From: Eledone cirrhosa
Taxonomy: Eukaryota
Assembly: GCA_964016885.1 (NCBI GenBank)
Contig: OZ024764.1
Location: 124,001 to 188,000 of the forward strand
Direction of reading: 5' to 3'
DNA length: 64,000 nt
The position numbers and the translations under genes were made by a program. This document shows, piece by piece, positions 25,740-40,180 of the stretch (the stretch's first letter is position 1; every line of letters begins with the position of its first letter). The notes under the pieces were generated by a model. It saw nothing but the letters and a program-made list of their open reading frames with translations. It was not told the DNA's origin and ran no database searches.

Positions 25740-28700
25740 CAGTTGACCTATACTAAAGGGCTTCACTGATAGGGTTATATGTTATAATTCCCCAGTTGAC
25801 CTATACTAAAGGGCTTCACTGATAGGATTATGTGTTATAATTCCCCAGTTGACCTATACTAAAGGGCTTCACTGATAGGGTTATATATTATAATTCCCTA
25901 GTTGACCTATACTAAAGGGCTTCACTGATAGGGTTATATGTTATAATTCCCCAGTTGACCTATACTAAAGGACTTCACTGATAGGGTTATATGTTATAAT
26001 TCCCCAGGTGACCTATACGAAAGGGCTTCACTGATAGGGTTATATGTTATAATTCCCCAGTTGACCTATACTAAAGGGCTTCACTGATAGGGTTATGTGT
26101 TATAATTCCCCAGTTGACCTATACTAAGGGGCTTCACTGATAGGGTTATATGTTATAATTCCCCAGTTGACCTATACTAAAGGACTTCACTGATAGGGTT
26201 ATATGTTATAATTCCCCAGTTGACCTATACTAAAGGGCTTCACTGATAGGGTTATATGTTATAATTCCCCAGTTGACCTATACTAAAGGACTTCACTGAT
26301 AGGGTTATATGTTATAATTCCCCAGGTGACCTATACTAAAGGGCTTCACTGATAGGGTTATATGTTATAATTTCCCAGTTGACCTATACTAAAGGGCTTC
26401 ACTGATAGGGTTATATGTTATAATTCCCCAGTTGACCTATACTAAAGGGCTTCACTGATAGGGTTATATGTTATAATTCCCCAGTTGACCTATACTAAAG
26501 GGCTTCACTGATAGGGTTATATGTTATAATTTCCCAGTTGACCTATACTAAAGGGCTTCACTGATAGGGTTATATGTTATAATTCCCCAGTTGACCTATA
26601 TTAAAGGGCTTCACTGATAGGGTTGTGTGTGTTATAATTTCCCAGTTGACCTATACTAAAGGACTTCACTGATAGGGTTATATGTTATAATTCCCCAGTT
26701 GACCTATACTAAAGGGCTTCACTGATAGGGTTATATGTTATAATTTCCCAGTTGGCCTATACTAAAGGGCTTCACTGATAGGGTTATATGTTATAATTCC
26801 CCAGTTGACCTATACTAAAGGGCTTCACTGATAGGGTTATGTGTTATAATTTCCCAGTTGACCTATACTAACGGGCTTCACTGATAGGGTTATATGTTAT
26901 AATTTCCCAGTTGACCTATACTAAAGGGCTTCACTGATAGGGTTATATGTTATAATTTCCCCAGTTGACCTATACTAAAGGGCTTCACTGATAGGGTTAT
27001 ATGTTATAATTTCCCAGTTGACCTATACTAAAGGGCTTCACTGATAGGGTTATATGTTATAATTCCCCAGTTGACCTATACTAAAGGGTTTCACTGATAG
27101 GGTTATATGTTATAATTTCCCAGTTGGCCTATACTAAAGGGCTTCACTGATAGGGTTATATGTTATAATTCCCCAGTTGACCTATACTAAAGGGCTTCAC
27201 TGATAGGGTTATATGTTATAATTCCCCAGTTGACCTATACTAAAGGGTTTCACTGATAGGGTTATATGTTATAATTCCCCAGTTGGCCTATACTAAAGGG
27301 CTTCACTGATAGGGTTATATGTTATAATTCCCCAGTTGACCTATACTAAAGGGCTTCACTGATAGGATTATGTGTTATAATTCCCCAGTTGACCTATACT
27401 AAAGGACTTCACTGATAGGGTTATATGTTATAATTCCCCAGTTGACCTATACTAAAGGGCTTCACTGATAGGGTTATATGTTATAATTCCCCAGTTGACC
27501 TATACTAAAGGGCTTCACTGATAGGATTATGTGTTATAATTCCCCAGTTGACCTATACTAAAGGGCTTCACTGATAGGGTTATATGTTATAATTCCCTAG
27601 TTGACCTATACTAAAGGGCTTCACTGATAGGGTTATATGTTATAATTCCCCAGTTGACCTATACTAAAGGGCTTCACTGATAGGGTTATATGTTATAATT
27701 TCCCAGTTGACCTATACTAAAGGGCTTCACTGATAGGGTTATATGTTATAATTCCCCAGTTGACCTATACTAAAGGGTTTCACTGATAGGGTTATATGTT
27801 ATAATTCCCCAGTTGACCTATACTAAAGGGCTTCACTGATAGGGTTATATGTTATAATTCCCCAGTTGACCTATACTAAAGGGCTTCACTGATAGGATTA
27901 TGTGTTATAATTCCCCAGTTGACCTATACTAAAGGGCTTCACTGATAGGGTTATATATTATAATTCCCTAGTTGACCTATACTAAAGGGCTTCACTGATA
28001 GGGTTATATGTTATAATTCCCCAGTTGACCTATACTAAAGGACTTCACTGATAGGGTTATATGTTATAATTCCCCAGGTGACCTATACGAAAGGGCTTCA
28101 CTGATAGGGTTATATGTTATAATTCCCCAGTTGACCTATACTAAAGGGCTTCACTGATAGGGTTATGTGTTATAATTCCCCAGTTGACCTATACTAAGGG
28201 GCTTCACTGATAGGGTTATATGTTATAATTCCCCAGTTGACCTATACTAAAGGACTTCACTGATAGGGTTATATGTTATAATTCCCCAGTTGACCTATAC
28301 TAAAGGGCTTCACTGATAGGGTTATATGTTATAATTCCCCAGTTGACCTATACTAAAGGACTTCACTGATAGGGTTATATGTTATAATTCCCCAGTTGAC
28401 CTATACTAAAGGGCTTCACTGATAGGGTTATATGTTATAATTTCCCAGTTGACCTATACTAAAGGGCTTCACTGATAGGGTTATATGTTATAATTCCCCA
28501 GTTGACCTATACTAAAGGGCTTCACTGATAGGGTTATATGTTATAATTCCCCAGTTGACCTATACTAAAGGGCTTCACTGATAGGGTTATATGTTATAAT
28601 TTCCCAGTTGACCTATACTAAAGGGCTTCACTGATAGGGTTATATGTTATAATTCCCCAGTTGACCTATATTAAAGGGCTTCACTGATAGGGTTGTGTGT

Positions 28701-30020
28701 GTTATAATTTCCCAGTTGACCTGTACTAAAGGGCTTCACTGATAGGGTTATATGTTATAATTTCCCAGTTGACCTATACTAAAGGGCTTCACTGATAGGG
28801 TTATATGTTATAATTTCCCAGTTGACCTATACTAAAGGGTTTCACTGATAGGGTTATATGTTATAATTCCCCAGTTGACCTATACTAAAGGACTTCACTG
28901 ATAGGGTTATATGTTATAATTCCCCAGTTGACCTATACTAAAGGGCTTCACTGATAGGGTTATATGTTATAATTTCCCAGTTGGCCTATACTAAAGGGCT
29001 TCACTGATAGGGTTATATGTTATAATTCCCCAGTTGACCTATACTAAAGGGCTTCACTGATAGGGTTATATGTTATAATTTCCCAGTTGACCTATACTAA
29101 CGGGCTTCACTGATAGGGTTATATGTTATAATTTCCCAGTTGACCTATACTAAAGGGCTTCACTGATAGGGTTATATGTTATAATTTCCCCAGTTGACCT
29201 ATACTAAAGGGCTTCACTGATAGGGTTATATGTTATAATTTCCCAGTTGACCTATACTAAAGGGCTTCACTGATAGGGTTATATGTTATAATTCCCCAGT
29301 TGACCTATACTAAAGGGTTTCACTGATAGGGTTATATGTTATAATTTCCCAGTTGGCCTATACTAAAGGGCTTCACTGATAGGGTTATATGTTATAATTC
29401 CCCAGTTGACCTATACTAAAGGGCTTCACTGATAGGGTTATATGTTATAATTCCCCAGTTGACCTATACTAAAGGGTTTCACTGATAGGGTTATATGTTA
29501 TAATTCCCCAGTTGGCCTATACTAAAGGGCTTCACTGATAGGGTTATATGTTATAATTCCCCAGTTGACCTATACTAAAGGGCTTCACTGATAGGATTAT
29601 GTGTTATAATTCCCCAGTTGACCTATACTAAAGGACTTCACTGATAGGGTTATATGTTATAATTCCCCAGTTGACCTATACTAAAGGGCTTCACTGATAG
29701 GGTTATATGTTATAATTCCCCAGTTGACCTATACTAAAGGGCTTCACTGATAGGATTATGTGTTATAATTCCCCAGTTGACCTATACTAAAGGGCTTCAC
29801 TGATAGGGTTATATGTTATAATTCCCTAGTTGACCTATACTAAAGGGCTTCACTGATAGGGTTATATGTTATAATTCCCCAGTTGACCTATACTAAAGGG
29901 CTTCACTGATAGGGTTATATGTTATAATTTCCCAGTTGACCTATACTAAAGGGCTTCACTGATAGGGTTATATGTTATAATTCCCCAGTTGACCTATACT
30001 AAAGGGTTTCACTGATAGGG
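25740..30020. repeat. Tandem duplication with period 2070 bp (39 monomers), widening to 2229 after a 3-monomer indel
   Basis: Markers: CAGGTGACCTATACGA 26008/28078, TAACGGG 26872/29101, GGGTTT 27778/30007. Confidence 0.82.
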
Positions 30021-31329
30021 TTATATGTTATAATTTCCCAGTTGGCCTATACTAAAGGGCTTCACTGATAGGGTTATATGTTATAATTCCCCAGTTGACC
30101 TATACTAAAGGGCTTCACTGATAGGGTTATATGTTATAATTCCCCAGTTGACCTATACTAAAGGGTTTCACTGATAGGGTTATATGTTATAATTCCCCAG
30201 TTGGCCTATACTAAAGGGCTTCACTGATAGGGTTATATGTTATAATTCCCCAGTTGACCTATACTAAAGGGCTTCACTGATAGGATTATGTGTTATAATT
30301 CCCCAGTTGACCTATACTAAAGGACTTCACTGATAGGGTTATATGTTATAATTCCCCAGTTGACCTATACTAAAGGGCTTCACTGATAGGGTTATATGTT
30401 ATAATTCCCCAGTTGACCTATACTAAAGGGCTTCACTGATAGGATTATGTGTTATAATTCCCCAGTTGACCTATACTAAAGGGCTTCACTGATAGGGTTA
30501 TATGTTATAATTCCCTAGTTGACCTATACTAAAGGGCTTCACTGATAGGGTTATATGTTATAATTCCCCAGTTGACCTATACTAAAGGACTTCACTGATA
30601 GGGTTATATGTTATAATTCCCCAGTTGACCTATACTAAAGGGCTTCACTGATAGGGTTATATGTTATAATTTCCCAGTTGACCTATACTAAAGGGCTTCA
30701 CTGATAGGGTTATATGTTATAATTTCCCAGTTGACCTATACTAAAGGGTTTCACTGATAGGGTTATATGTTATAATTTCCCAGTTGGCCTATACTAAAGG
30801 GCTTCACTGATAGGGTTATATGTTATAATTCCCCAGTTGACCTATACTAAAGGGTTTCACTGATAGGGTTATATGTTATAATTTCCCAGTTGGCCTATAC
30901 TAAAGGGCTTCATTGATAGGGTTATATGTTATAATTCCCCAGTTGACCTATACTAAAGGGCTTCACTGATAGGGTTATATGTTATAATTCCCTAGTTGAC
31001 CTATACTAAAGGGTTTCACTGATAGGGTTATATGTTATAATTCCCCAGTTGGCCTATACTAAAGGGCTTCACTGATAGGGTTATATGTTATAATTCCCCA
31101 GTTGACCTATACTAAAGGGCTTCACTGATAGGGTTATATGTTATAATTTCCCAGTTGACCTATACTAAAGGGCTTCACTGATAGGGTTATATGTTATAAT
31201 TCCCCAGTTGACCTATACTAAAGGGCTTCACTGATAGGGTTATATGTTATAATTTCCCAGTTGACCTATACTAAAGGGCTTCACTGATAGGGTTATATGT
31301 TATAATTCCCCAGTTGACCTATACTAAAG

Positions 31330-34300
31330 GGCTTCACTGTTAGGGTTATATGTTATAATTCCCCAGTTGACCTATACTAAAGGGCTTCACTGATAGGGTT
31401 ATATGTTATAATTCCCCAGTTGACCTATACTAAAGGGCTTCACTGATAGGGTTATATGTTATAATTTCCCAGTTGACCTATACTAAAGGGCTTCACTGAT
31501 ATGGTTATATGTTATAATTTCCCAGTTGACCTATACTAAAGGGCTTCACTGATAGGGTTATATGTTATAATTTCCCCAGTTGACCTATACTAAAGGGCTT
31601 CACTGATAGGGTTATATATTATAATTTCCCAGTTGACCTATACTAAAGGGCTTCACTGATAGGGTTATATGTTATAATTCCCCAGTTGACCTATATTAAA
31701 GGGCTTCACTGATAGGGTTGTGTGTGTTATAATTTCCCAGTTGACCTGTACTAAAGGGCTTCACTGATAGGGTTATGTGTTATAATTCCCCAGTTGACCT
31801 ATACTAAGGGGCTTCACTGATAGGGTTATATGTTATAATTCCCCAGTTGACCTATACTAAAGTACTTCACTGATAGGGTTATATGTTATAATTCCCCAGT
31901 TGACCTATACTAAAGGGCTTCACTGATAGGGTTATATGTTATAATTCCCCAGTTGACCTATACTAAAGGACTTCACTGATAGGGTTATATGTTATAATTC
32001 CCCAGTTGACCTATACTAAAGGGCTTCACTGATAGGGTTATATGTTATAATTTCCCAGTTGACCTATACTAAAGGGCTTCACTGATAGGGTTATATGTTA
32101 TAATTCCCCAGTTGACCTATACTAAAGGGCTTCACTGATAAGGTTATATGTTATAATTTCCCAGTTGACCTATACTAAAGGGCTTCACTGATAGGGTTAT
32201 ATGTTATAATTCCCCAGTTGACCTATATTAAAGGGCTTCACTGATAGGGTTGTGTGTGTTATAATTTCCCAGTTGACCTGTACTAAAGGACTTCACTGAT
32301 AGGGTTATATGTTATAATTCCCCAGTTGACCTATACTAAAGAGCTTCACTGATAGGGTTATATGTTATAATTTCCCAGTTGACCTATACTAAAGGGCTTC
32401 ACTGATAGGGTTATATGTTATAATTTCCCAGTTGACCTATACTAAAGGGTTTCACTGATAGGGTTATATGTTATAATTTCCCAGTTGGCCTATACTAAAG
32501 GGCTTCACTGATAGGGTTATATGTTATAATTTCCCAGTTGACCTATACTAAAGGGTTTCACTGATAGGGTTATATGTTATAATTTACCAGTTGGCCTATA
32601 CTAAAGGACTTCACTGATAGGGTTATATGTTATAAATCCCCAGTTGACCTATACTAAAGGACTTCACTGATAGGGTTATATGTTATAATTCCCCAGTTGA
32701 CCTATACTAAAGGGCTTCACTGATAGGGTTATATGTTATAATTTCCCAGTTGACCTATACTAAAGGGTTTCACCGATAGGGTTATATGTTATAATTCCCC
32801 AGTTGGCCTATACTAAAGGGCTTCACTGATAGGGTTATATGTTATAATTCCCCAGTTGACCTATACTAAAGGGCTTCACTGATAGGGTTATATGTTATAA
32901 TTTCCCAGTTGACCTATACTAAAGGGCTTCACTGATAGGGTTATATGTTATAATTCCCCAGTTGACCTATACTAAAGGGCTTCACTGATAGGGTTATATG
33001 TTATAATTTCCCAGTTGACCTATACTAAAGGGCTTCACTGTTAGGGTTATATGTTATAATTCCCCAGTTGACCTATACTAAAGGGCTTCACTGATAGGGT
33101 TATATGTTATAATTCCCCAGTTGACCTATACTAAAGGGCTTCACTGATAGGGTTATATGTTATAATTTCCCAGTTGACCTATACTAAAGGGCTTCACTGA
33201 TATGGTTATATGTTATAATTTCCCAGTTGACCTATACTAAAGGGCTTCACTGATAGGGTTATATGTTATAATTTCCCCAGTTGACCTATACTAAAGGGCT
33301 TCACTGATAGGGTTATATATTATAATTTCCCAGTTGACCTATACTAAAGGGCTTCACTGATAGGGTTATATGTTATAATTCCCCAGTTGACCTATATTAA
33401 AGGGCTTCACTGATAGGGTTGTGTGTGTTATAATTTCCCAGTTGACCTGTACTAAAGGGCTTCACTGATAGGGTTATGTGTTATAATTCCCCAGTTGACC
33501 TATACTAAGGGGCTTCACTGATAGGGTTATATGTTATAATTCCCCAGTTGACCTATACTAAAGTACTTCACTGATAGGGTTATATGTTATAATTCCCCAG
33601 TTGACCTATACTAAAGGGCTTCACTGATAGGGTTATATGTTATAATTCCCCAGTTGACCTATACTAAAGGACTTCACTGATAGGGTTATATGTTATAATT
33701 CCCCAGTTGACCTATACTAAAGGGCTTCACTGATAGGGTTATATGTTATAATTTCCCAGTTGACCTATACTAAAGGGCTTCACTGATAGGGTTATATGTT
33801 ATAATTCCCCAGTTGACCTATACTAAAGGGCTTCACTGATAAGGTTATATGTTATAATTTCCCAGTTGACCTATACTAAAGGGCTTCACTGATAGGGTTA
33901 TATGTTATAATTCCCCAGTTGACCTATATTAAAGGGCTTCACTGATAGGGTTGTGTGTGTTATAATTTCCCAGTTGACCTGTACTAAAGGACTTCACTGA
34001 TAGGGTTATATGTTATAATTCCCCAGTTGACCTATACTAAAGAGCTTCACTGATAGGGTTATATGTTATAATTTCCCAGTTGACCTATACTAAAGGGCTT
34101 CACTGATAGGGTTATATGTTATAATTTCCCAGTTGACCTATACTAAAGGGTTTCACTGATAGGGTTATATGTTATAATTTCCCAGTTGGCCTATACTAAA
34201 GGGCTTCACTGATAGGGTTATATGTTATAATTTCCCAGTTGACCTATACTAAAGGGTTTCACTGATAGGGTTATATGTTATAATTTACCAGTTGGCCTAT

Positions 34301-34730
34301 ACTAAAGGACTTCACTGATAGGGTTATATGTTATAAATCCCCAGTTGACCTATACTAAAGGACTTCACTGATAGGGTTATATGTTATAATTCCCCAGTTG
34401 ACCTATACTAAAGGGCTTCACTGATAGGGTTATATGTTATAATTTCCCAGTTGACCTATACTAAAGGGTTTCACCGATAGGGTTATATGTTATAATTCCC
34501 CAGTTGGCCTATACTAAAGGGCTTCACTGATAGGGTTATATGTTATAATTCCCCAGTTGACCTATACTAAAGGGCTTCACTGATAGGGTTATATGTTATA
34601 ATTTCCCAGTTGACCTATACTAAAGGGCTTCACTGATAGGGTTATATGTTATAATTCCCCAGTTGACCTATACTAAAGGGCTTCACTGATAGGGTTATAT
34701 GTTATAATTTCCCAGTTGACCTATACTAAA
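31330..34730. repeat. Tandem duplication with period 1701 bp (32 monomers)
   Basis: Markers: CTGTTAGG 31340/33041, GATATGG 31502/33203, AAGTACT 31863/33564, CACCGA 32774/34475. Confidence 0.9.
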
Positions 34731-37700
34731 GGGCTTCACTGATAGGGTTATATGTTATAATTCCCCAGTTGACCTATACTAAAGGGCTTCACTGTTAGGG
34801 TTATATGTTATAATTCCCCAGTTGACCTATACTAAAGGGCTTCACTGATAGGGTTATATGTTATAATTCCCCAGTTGACCTATACTAAAGGGCTTCACTG
34901 ATAGGGTTATATGTTATAATTTCCCAGTTGACCTATACTAAGGGGCTTCACTGATAGGGTTATGTGTGTTATAATTCCCCAGTTGACCTATACTAAAGGA
35001 CTTCACTGATAGGGTTATATGTTATAATTCCCCAGTTGACCTATACTAAAGGACTTCACTGATAGGGTTATATGTTATAATTCCCCAGTTGACCTATACT
35101 AAAGGGCTTCACTGATAGGGTTATATGTTATAATTTCCCAGTTGACCTATACTAAAGGGCTTCACTGATAGGGTTATATGTTATAATTTCCCAGTTGACC
35201 TATACTAAAGGGTTTCACTGATAGGGTTATATGTTATAATTTCCCAGTTGGCCTATACTAAAGGGCTTCACTGATAGGGTTATATGTTATAATTCCCCAG
35301 TTGACCTATACTAAAGGGTTTCACTGATAGGGTTATATGTTATAATTTCCCAGTTGGCCTAAACTAAAGGACTTCACTGATAGGGTTATATGTTATAATT
35401 CCCCAGTTGACCTATACTAAAGGACTTCACTGATAGGGTTATATGTTATAATTCCCCAGTTGACCTATACTAAAGGGCTTCACTGATAGGGTTATATGTT
35501 ATAATTTCCAGTTGACCTATACTAAAGGGTTTCACTGATAGGGTTATATGTTATAATTCCCCAGTTGGCCTATACTAAAGGGCTTCACTGATAGGGTTAT
35601 ATGTTATAATTCCCCAGTTGACCTATACTAAAGGGCTTCACTGATAGGGTTATATGTTATAATTTCCCAGTTGACCTATACTAAAGGGCTTCACTGATAG
35701 GGTTATATGTTATAATTCCCCAGTTGACCTATACTAAAGGGCTTCACTGATAGGGTTATATGTTATAATTTCCCAGTTGACCTATACTAAAGGGCTTCAC
35801 TGATAGGGTTATATGTTATAATTCCCCAGTTGACCTATACTAATGGGCTTCACTGTTAGGGTTATATGTTATAATTCCCCAGTTGACCTATACTAAAGGG
35901 CTTCACTGATAGGGTTATACGTTATAATTCCCCAGTTGACCTATACTAAAGGGCTTCACTGATAGGGTTATATGTTATAATTTCCCAGTTGACCTATACT
36001 AAAGGGCTTCACTGATAGGGTTATATGTTATAATTTCCCAGTTGACCTATACTAAAGGGCTTCACTGATAGGGTTATATGTTATAATTTCCCCAGTTGAC
36101 CTATACTAAAGGGCTTCACTGATCGGGTTATATGTTATAATTTCCCAGTTGACCTATACTAAAGGGCTTCACTGATAGGGTTATATGTTATAATTCCCCA
36201 GTTGACCTATACTAAAGGGCTTCACTGATAGGGTTATATGTTATAATTCCCCAGTTGACCTATACTAAAGGGCTTCACTGATAGGGTTATATGTTATAAT
36301 TCCCCAGTTGACCTATACTAAAGGGCTTCACTGATAGGGTTATATGTTATAATTCCCCAGTTGACCTATACTAAAGGGCTTCACTGATAGGGTTATATGT
36401 TATAATTCCCCAGTTGACCTATACTAAAGGGTTTCACTGATAGGGTTATATGTTATAATTTCCCAGTTGACCTATACTAAAGGGTTTCACTGATAGGGTT
36501 ATATGTTATAATTCCCCAGTTGGCCTATACTAAAGGGCTTCAGTGATAGGGTTATATGTTATAATTTCCCAGTTGACCTATACTAAAGGGCTTCACTGAT
36601 AGGGTTATATGTCATAATTCCCCAGTTGACCTATACTAAAGGGCTTCACTGTTAGGGTTATATGTTATAATTCCCCAGTTGACCTATACTAAAGGGCTTC
36701 ACTGATAGGGTTATATGTTATAATTCCCCAGTTGACCTATACTAAAGGGCTTCACTGATAGGGTTATATGTTATAATTTCCCAGTTGACCTATACTAAAG
36801 GGCTTCACTGATAGGGTTATATGTTATAATTTCCCAGTTGACCTATACTAAAGGGCTTCACTGATAGGGTTATATGTTATAATTTCCCCAGTTGACCTAT
36901 ACTAAAGGGCTTCACTGATAGGGTTATATGTTATAATTTCCCAGTTGACCTATACTAAAGGGCTTCACTGATAGGGTTATATGTTATAATTCCCCAGTTG
37001 ACCTATATTAAAGGGCTTCACTGATAGGGTTGTGTGTGTTATAATTTCCCAGTTGACCTGTACTAAAGGGCTTCACTGATAGGGTTATATGTTATAATTC
37101 CCCAGTTGACCTATACTAAAGGACTTCACTGATAGGGTTATATGTTATAATTCCCCAGTTGACCTATACTAAAGGGCTTCACTGATAGGGTTATATGTTA
37201 TAATTTCCCAGTTGACCTATACTAAAGGGCTTCACTGATAGGGTTATATGTTATAATTCCCCAGTTGACCTATACTAAAGGGCTTCACTGATAGGGTTAT
37301 ATGTTATAATTCCCCAGTTGACCTATACTAAAGGGTTTCACTGATAGGGTTATATGTTATAATTCCCCAGTTGGCCTATACTAAAGGGCTTCACTGATAG
37401 GGTTATATGTTATAATTCCCCAGTTGACCTATACTAAAGGGCTTCACTGATAGGGTTATGTGTTATAATTCCCCAGTTGACCTATACTAAAGGGTTTCAC
37501 TGATAGGGTTATATGTTATAATTTCCCAGTTGACCTATACTAAAGGGCTTCACTGATAGGGTTATATGTTATAATTCCCCAGTTGACCTATACTAAAGGG
37601 CTTCACTGATAGGATTATGTGTTATAATTCCCCAGTTGACCTATACTAAAGGGCTTCACTGATAGGGTTATATGTTATAATTCCCTAGTTGACCTATACT

Positions 37701-40180
37701 AAAGGGCTTCACTGAGAGGGTTATATGTTATAATTCCCCAGTTGACCTATACGAAAGGGCTTCACTGATAGGGTTATATGTTATAATTCCCCAGTTGACC
37801 TATACTAAAGGGCTTCACTGATAGGGTTATATGTTATAATTCCCCAGTTGACCTATACTAAAGGGCTTCACTGATAGGGTTATATGTTATAATTCCCCAG
37901 TTGACCTATACTAAAGGGCTTCACTGATAGGGTTATATGTTATAATTCCCCAGTTGACCTATACTAAAGGGCTTCACTGATAGGGCTATTTGTTATAATT
38001 CCCCAGTTGACCTATACTAAAGGGCTTCACTGATAGGGTTATATGTTATAATTCCCCAGTTGACCTATACTAAAGGGCTTCACTGATAGGGCTATATGTT
38101 ATAATTCCCCAGTTGACCTATACTAAAGGGCTTCACTGATAGGGTTATATGTTATAATTCCCCAGTTGACCTATACTAAAGGGCTTCACTGATAGGGTTA
38201 TATGTTATAATTCCCCAGTTGACCTATACTAAAGGGCTTCACTGATAGGGTTATATGTTATAATTCCCCAGTTGACCTATACTAAAGGACTTCACTGATA
38301 GGGTTATATGTTATAATTCCCCAGTTGACCTATACTAAAGGGCTTCACTGATAGGGTTATATGTTATAATTTCCCAGTTGACCTATACTAAAGGGCTTCA
38401 CTGATAGGGTTATATGTTATAATTCCCCAGTTGACCTATACTAAAGGGCTTCACTGATAGGGTTATATGTTATAATTCCCCAGTTGACCTATACTAAAGG
38501 GCTTCACTGATAGGGTTATATGTTATAATTTCCCAGTTGACCTATACTAAAGGGCTTCACTGATAGGGTTATATGTTATAATTCCCCAGATGACCTATAT
38601 TAAAGGGCTTCACTGATAGGGTTGTGTGTGTTATAATTTCCCAGTTGACCTGTACTAAAGGGCTTCACTGATAGGGTTATATGTTATAATTCCCCAGTTG
38701 ACCTATACTAAAGGGCTTCACTGATAGGGTTATATGTTATAATTCCCCAGTTGACCTATACTAAAGGACTTCACTGATAGGGTTATATGTTATAATTCCC
38801 CAGTTGACCTATACTAAAGGGCTTCACTGATAGGGTTATATGTTATAATTCCCCAGTTGACCTATACTAAAGGGTTTCACTGATAGGGTTATATGTTATA
38901 ATTCCCCAGTTGGCCTATACTAAAGGGCTTCACTGATAGGGTTATATGTTATAATTCCCCAGTTGACCTATACTAAAGGGCTTCACTGATAGGGTTATGT
39001 GTTATAATTCCCCAGTTGACCTATACTAAAGGGTTTCACTGATAGGGTTATATGTTATAATTTCCCAGTTGACCTATACTAAAGGGCTTCACTGATAGGG
39101 TTATATGTTATAATTCCCCAGTTGACCTATACTAAAGGGCTTCACTGATAGGATTATGTGTTATAATTCCCCAGTTGACCTATACTAAAGGGCTTCACTG
39201 ATAGGGTTATATGTTATAATTCCCTAGTTGACCTATACTAAAGGGCTTCACTGATAGGGTTATATGTTATAATTCCCCAGTTGACCTATACGAAAGGGCT
39301 TCACTGATAGGGTTATATGTTATAATTCCCCAGTTGACCTATACTAAAGGGCTTCACTGATAGGGTTATATGTTATAATTCCCCAGTTGACCTATACTAA
39401 AGGGCTTCACTGATAGGGTTATATGTTATAATTCCCCAGTTGACCTATACTAAAGGGCTTCACTGATAGGGTTATATGTTATAATTCCCCAGTTGACCTA
39501 TACTAAAGGGCTTCACTGATAGGGCTATATGTTATAATTCCCCAGTTGACCTATACTAAAGGGCTTCACTGATAGGGTTATATGTTATAATTCCCCAGTT
39601 GACCTATACTAAAGGGCTTCACTGATAGGGCTATATGTTATAATTCCCCAGTTGACCTATACTAAAGGGCTTCACTGATAGGGTTATATGTTATAATTTC
39701 CCAGTTGACCTATACTAAAGGGCTTCACTGATAGGGTTATATGTTATAATTTCCCAGTTCACCTATACTAAAGGGCTTCACTGATAGGGTTATATATAAT
39801 TCCCCAATTGACCTATACTAAAGGACTTCACTGATAGGGTTATATGTGTTATAATTCCCAGTTGACCTATATTAAAGGGCTTCACTGATAGGGTTATATG
39901 TTATAATTCCCCAGTTGACCTATACGAAATGCTTCACTGATAGGGTTATATGTTATAATTCCCCAGTTGACCTATACTAAAGGGCTTGACTGATAGGGTT
40001 ATATGTTATAATTCCCCAGTTGACCTATACTAAATGCTTCACTGATAGGGTTATATGTTATAATTCCCCAGTTGACCTATACTAAAGGGCTTCACTGATA
40101 GGGTTATATGTGTTATAATTCCCAGTTGACCTATATTAAAGGGCTTCACTGATAGGGTTATATGTTATAATTCCCCAGTT
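33470..40180. repeat. ~6.7-kb segment duplicated at ~53920-60630 (offset 20452)
   Basis: Markers: AAGTACT 33564/54016, ACTAATGGG 35844/56296, CTGAGAGG 37716/58168, CAGATGAC 38590/59042, TACGAAATGC 39926/60378. Confidence 0.9.
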
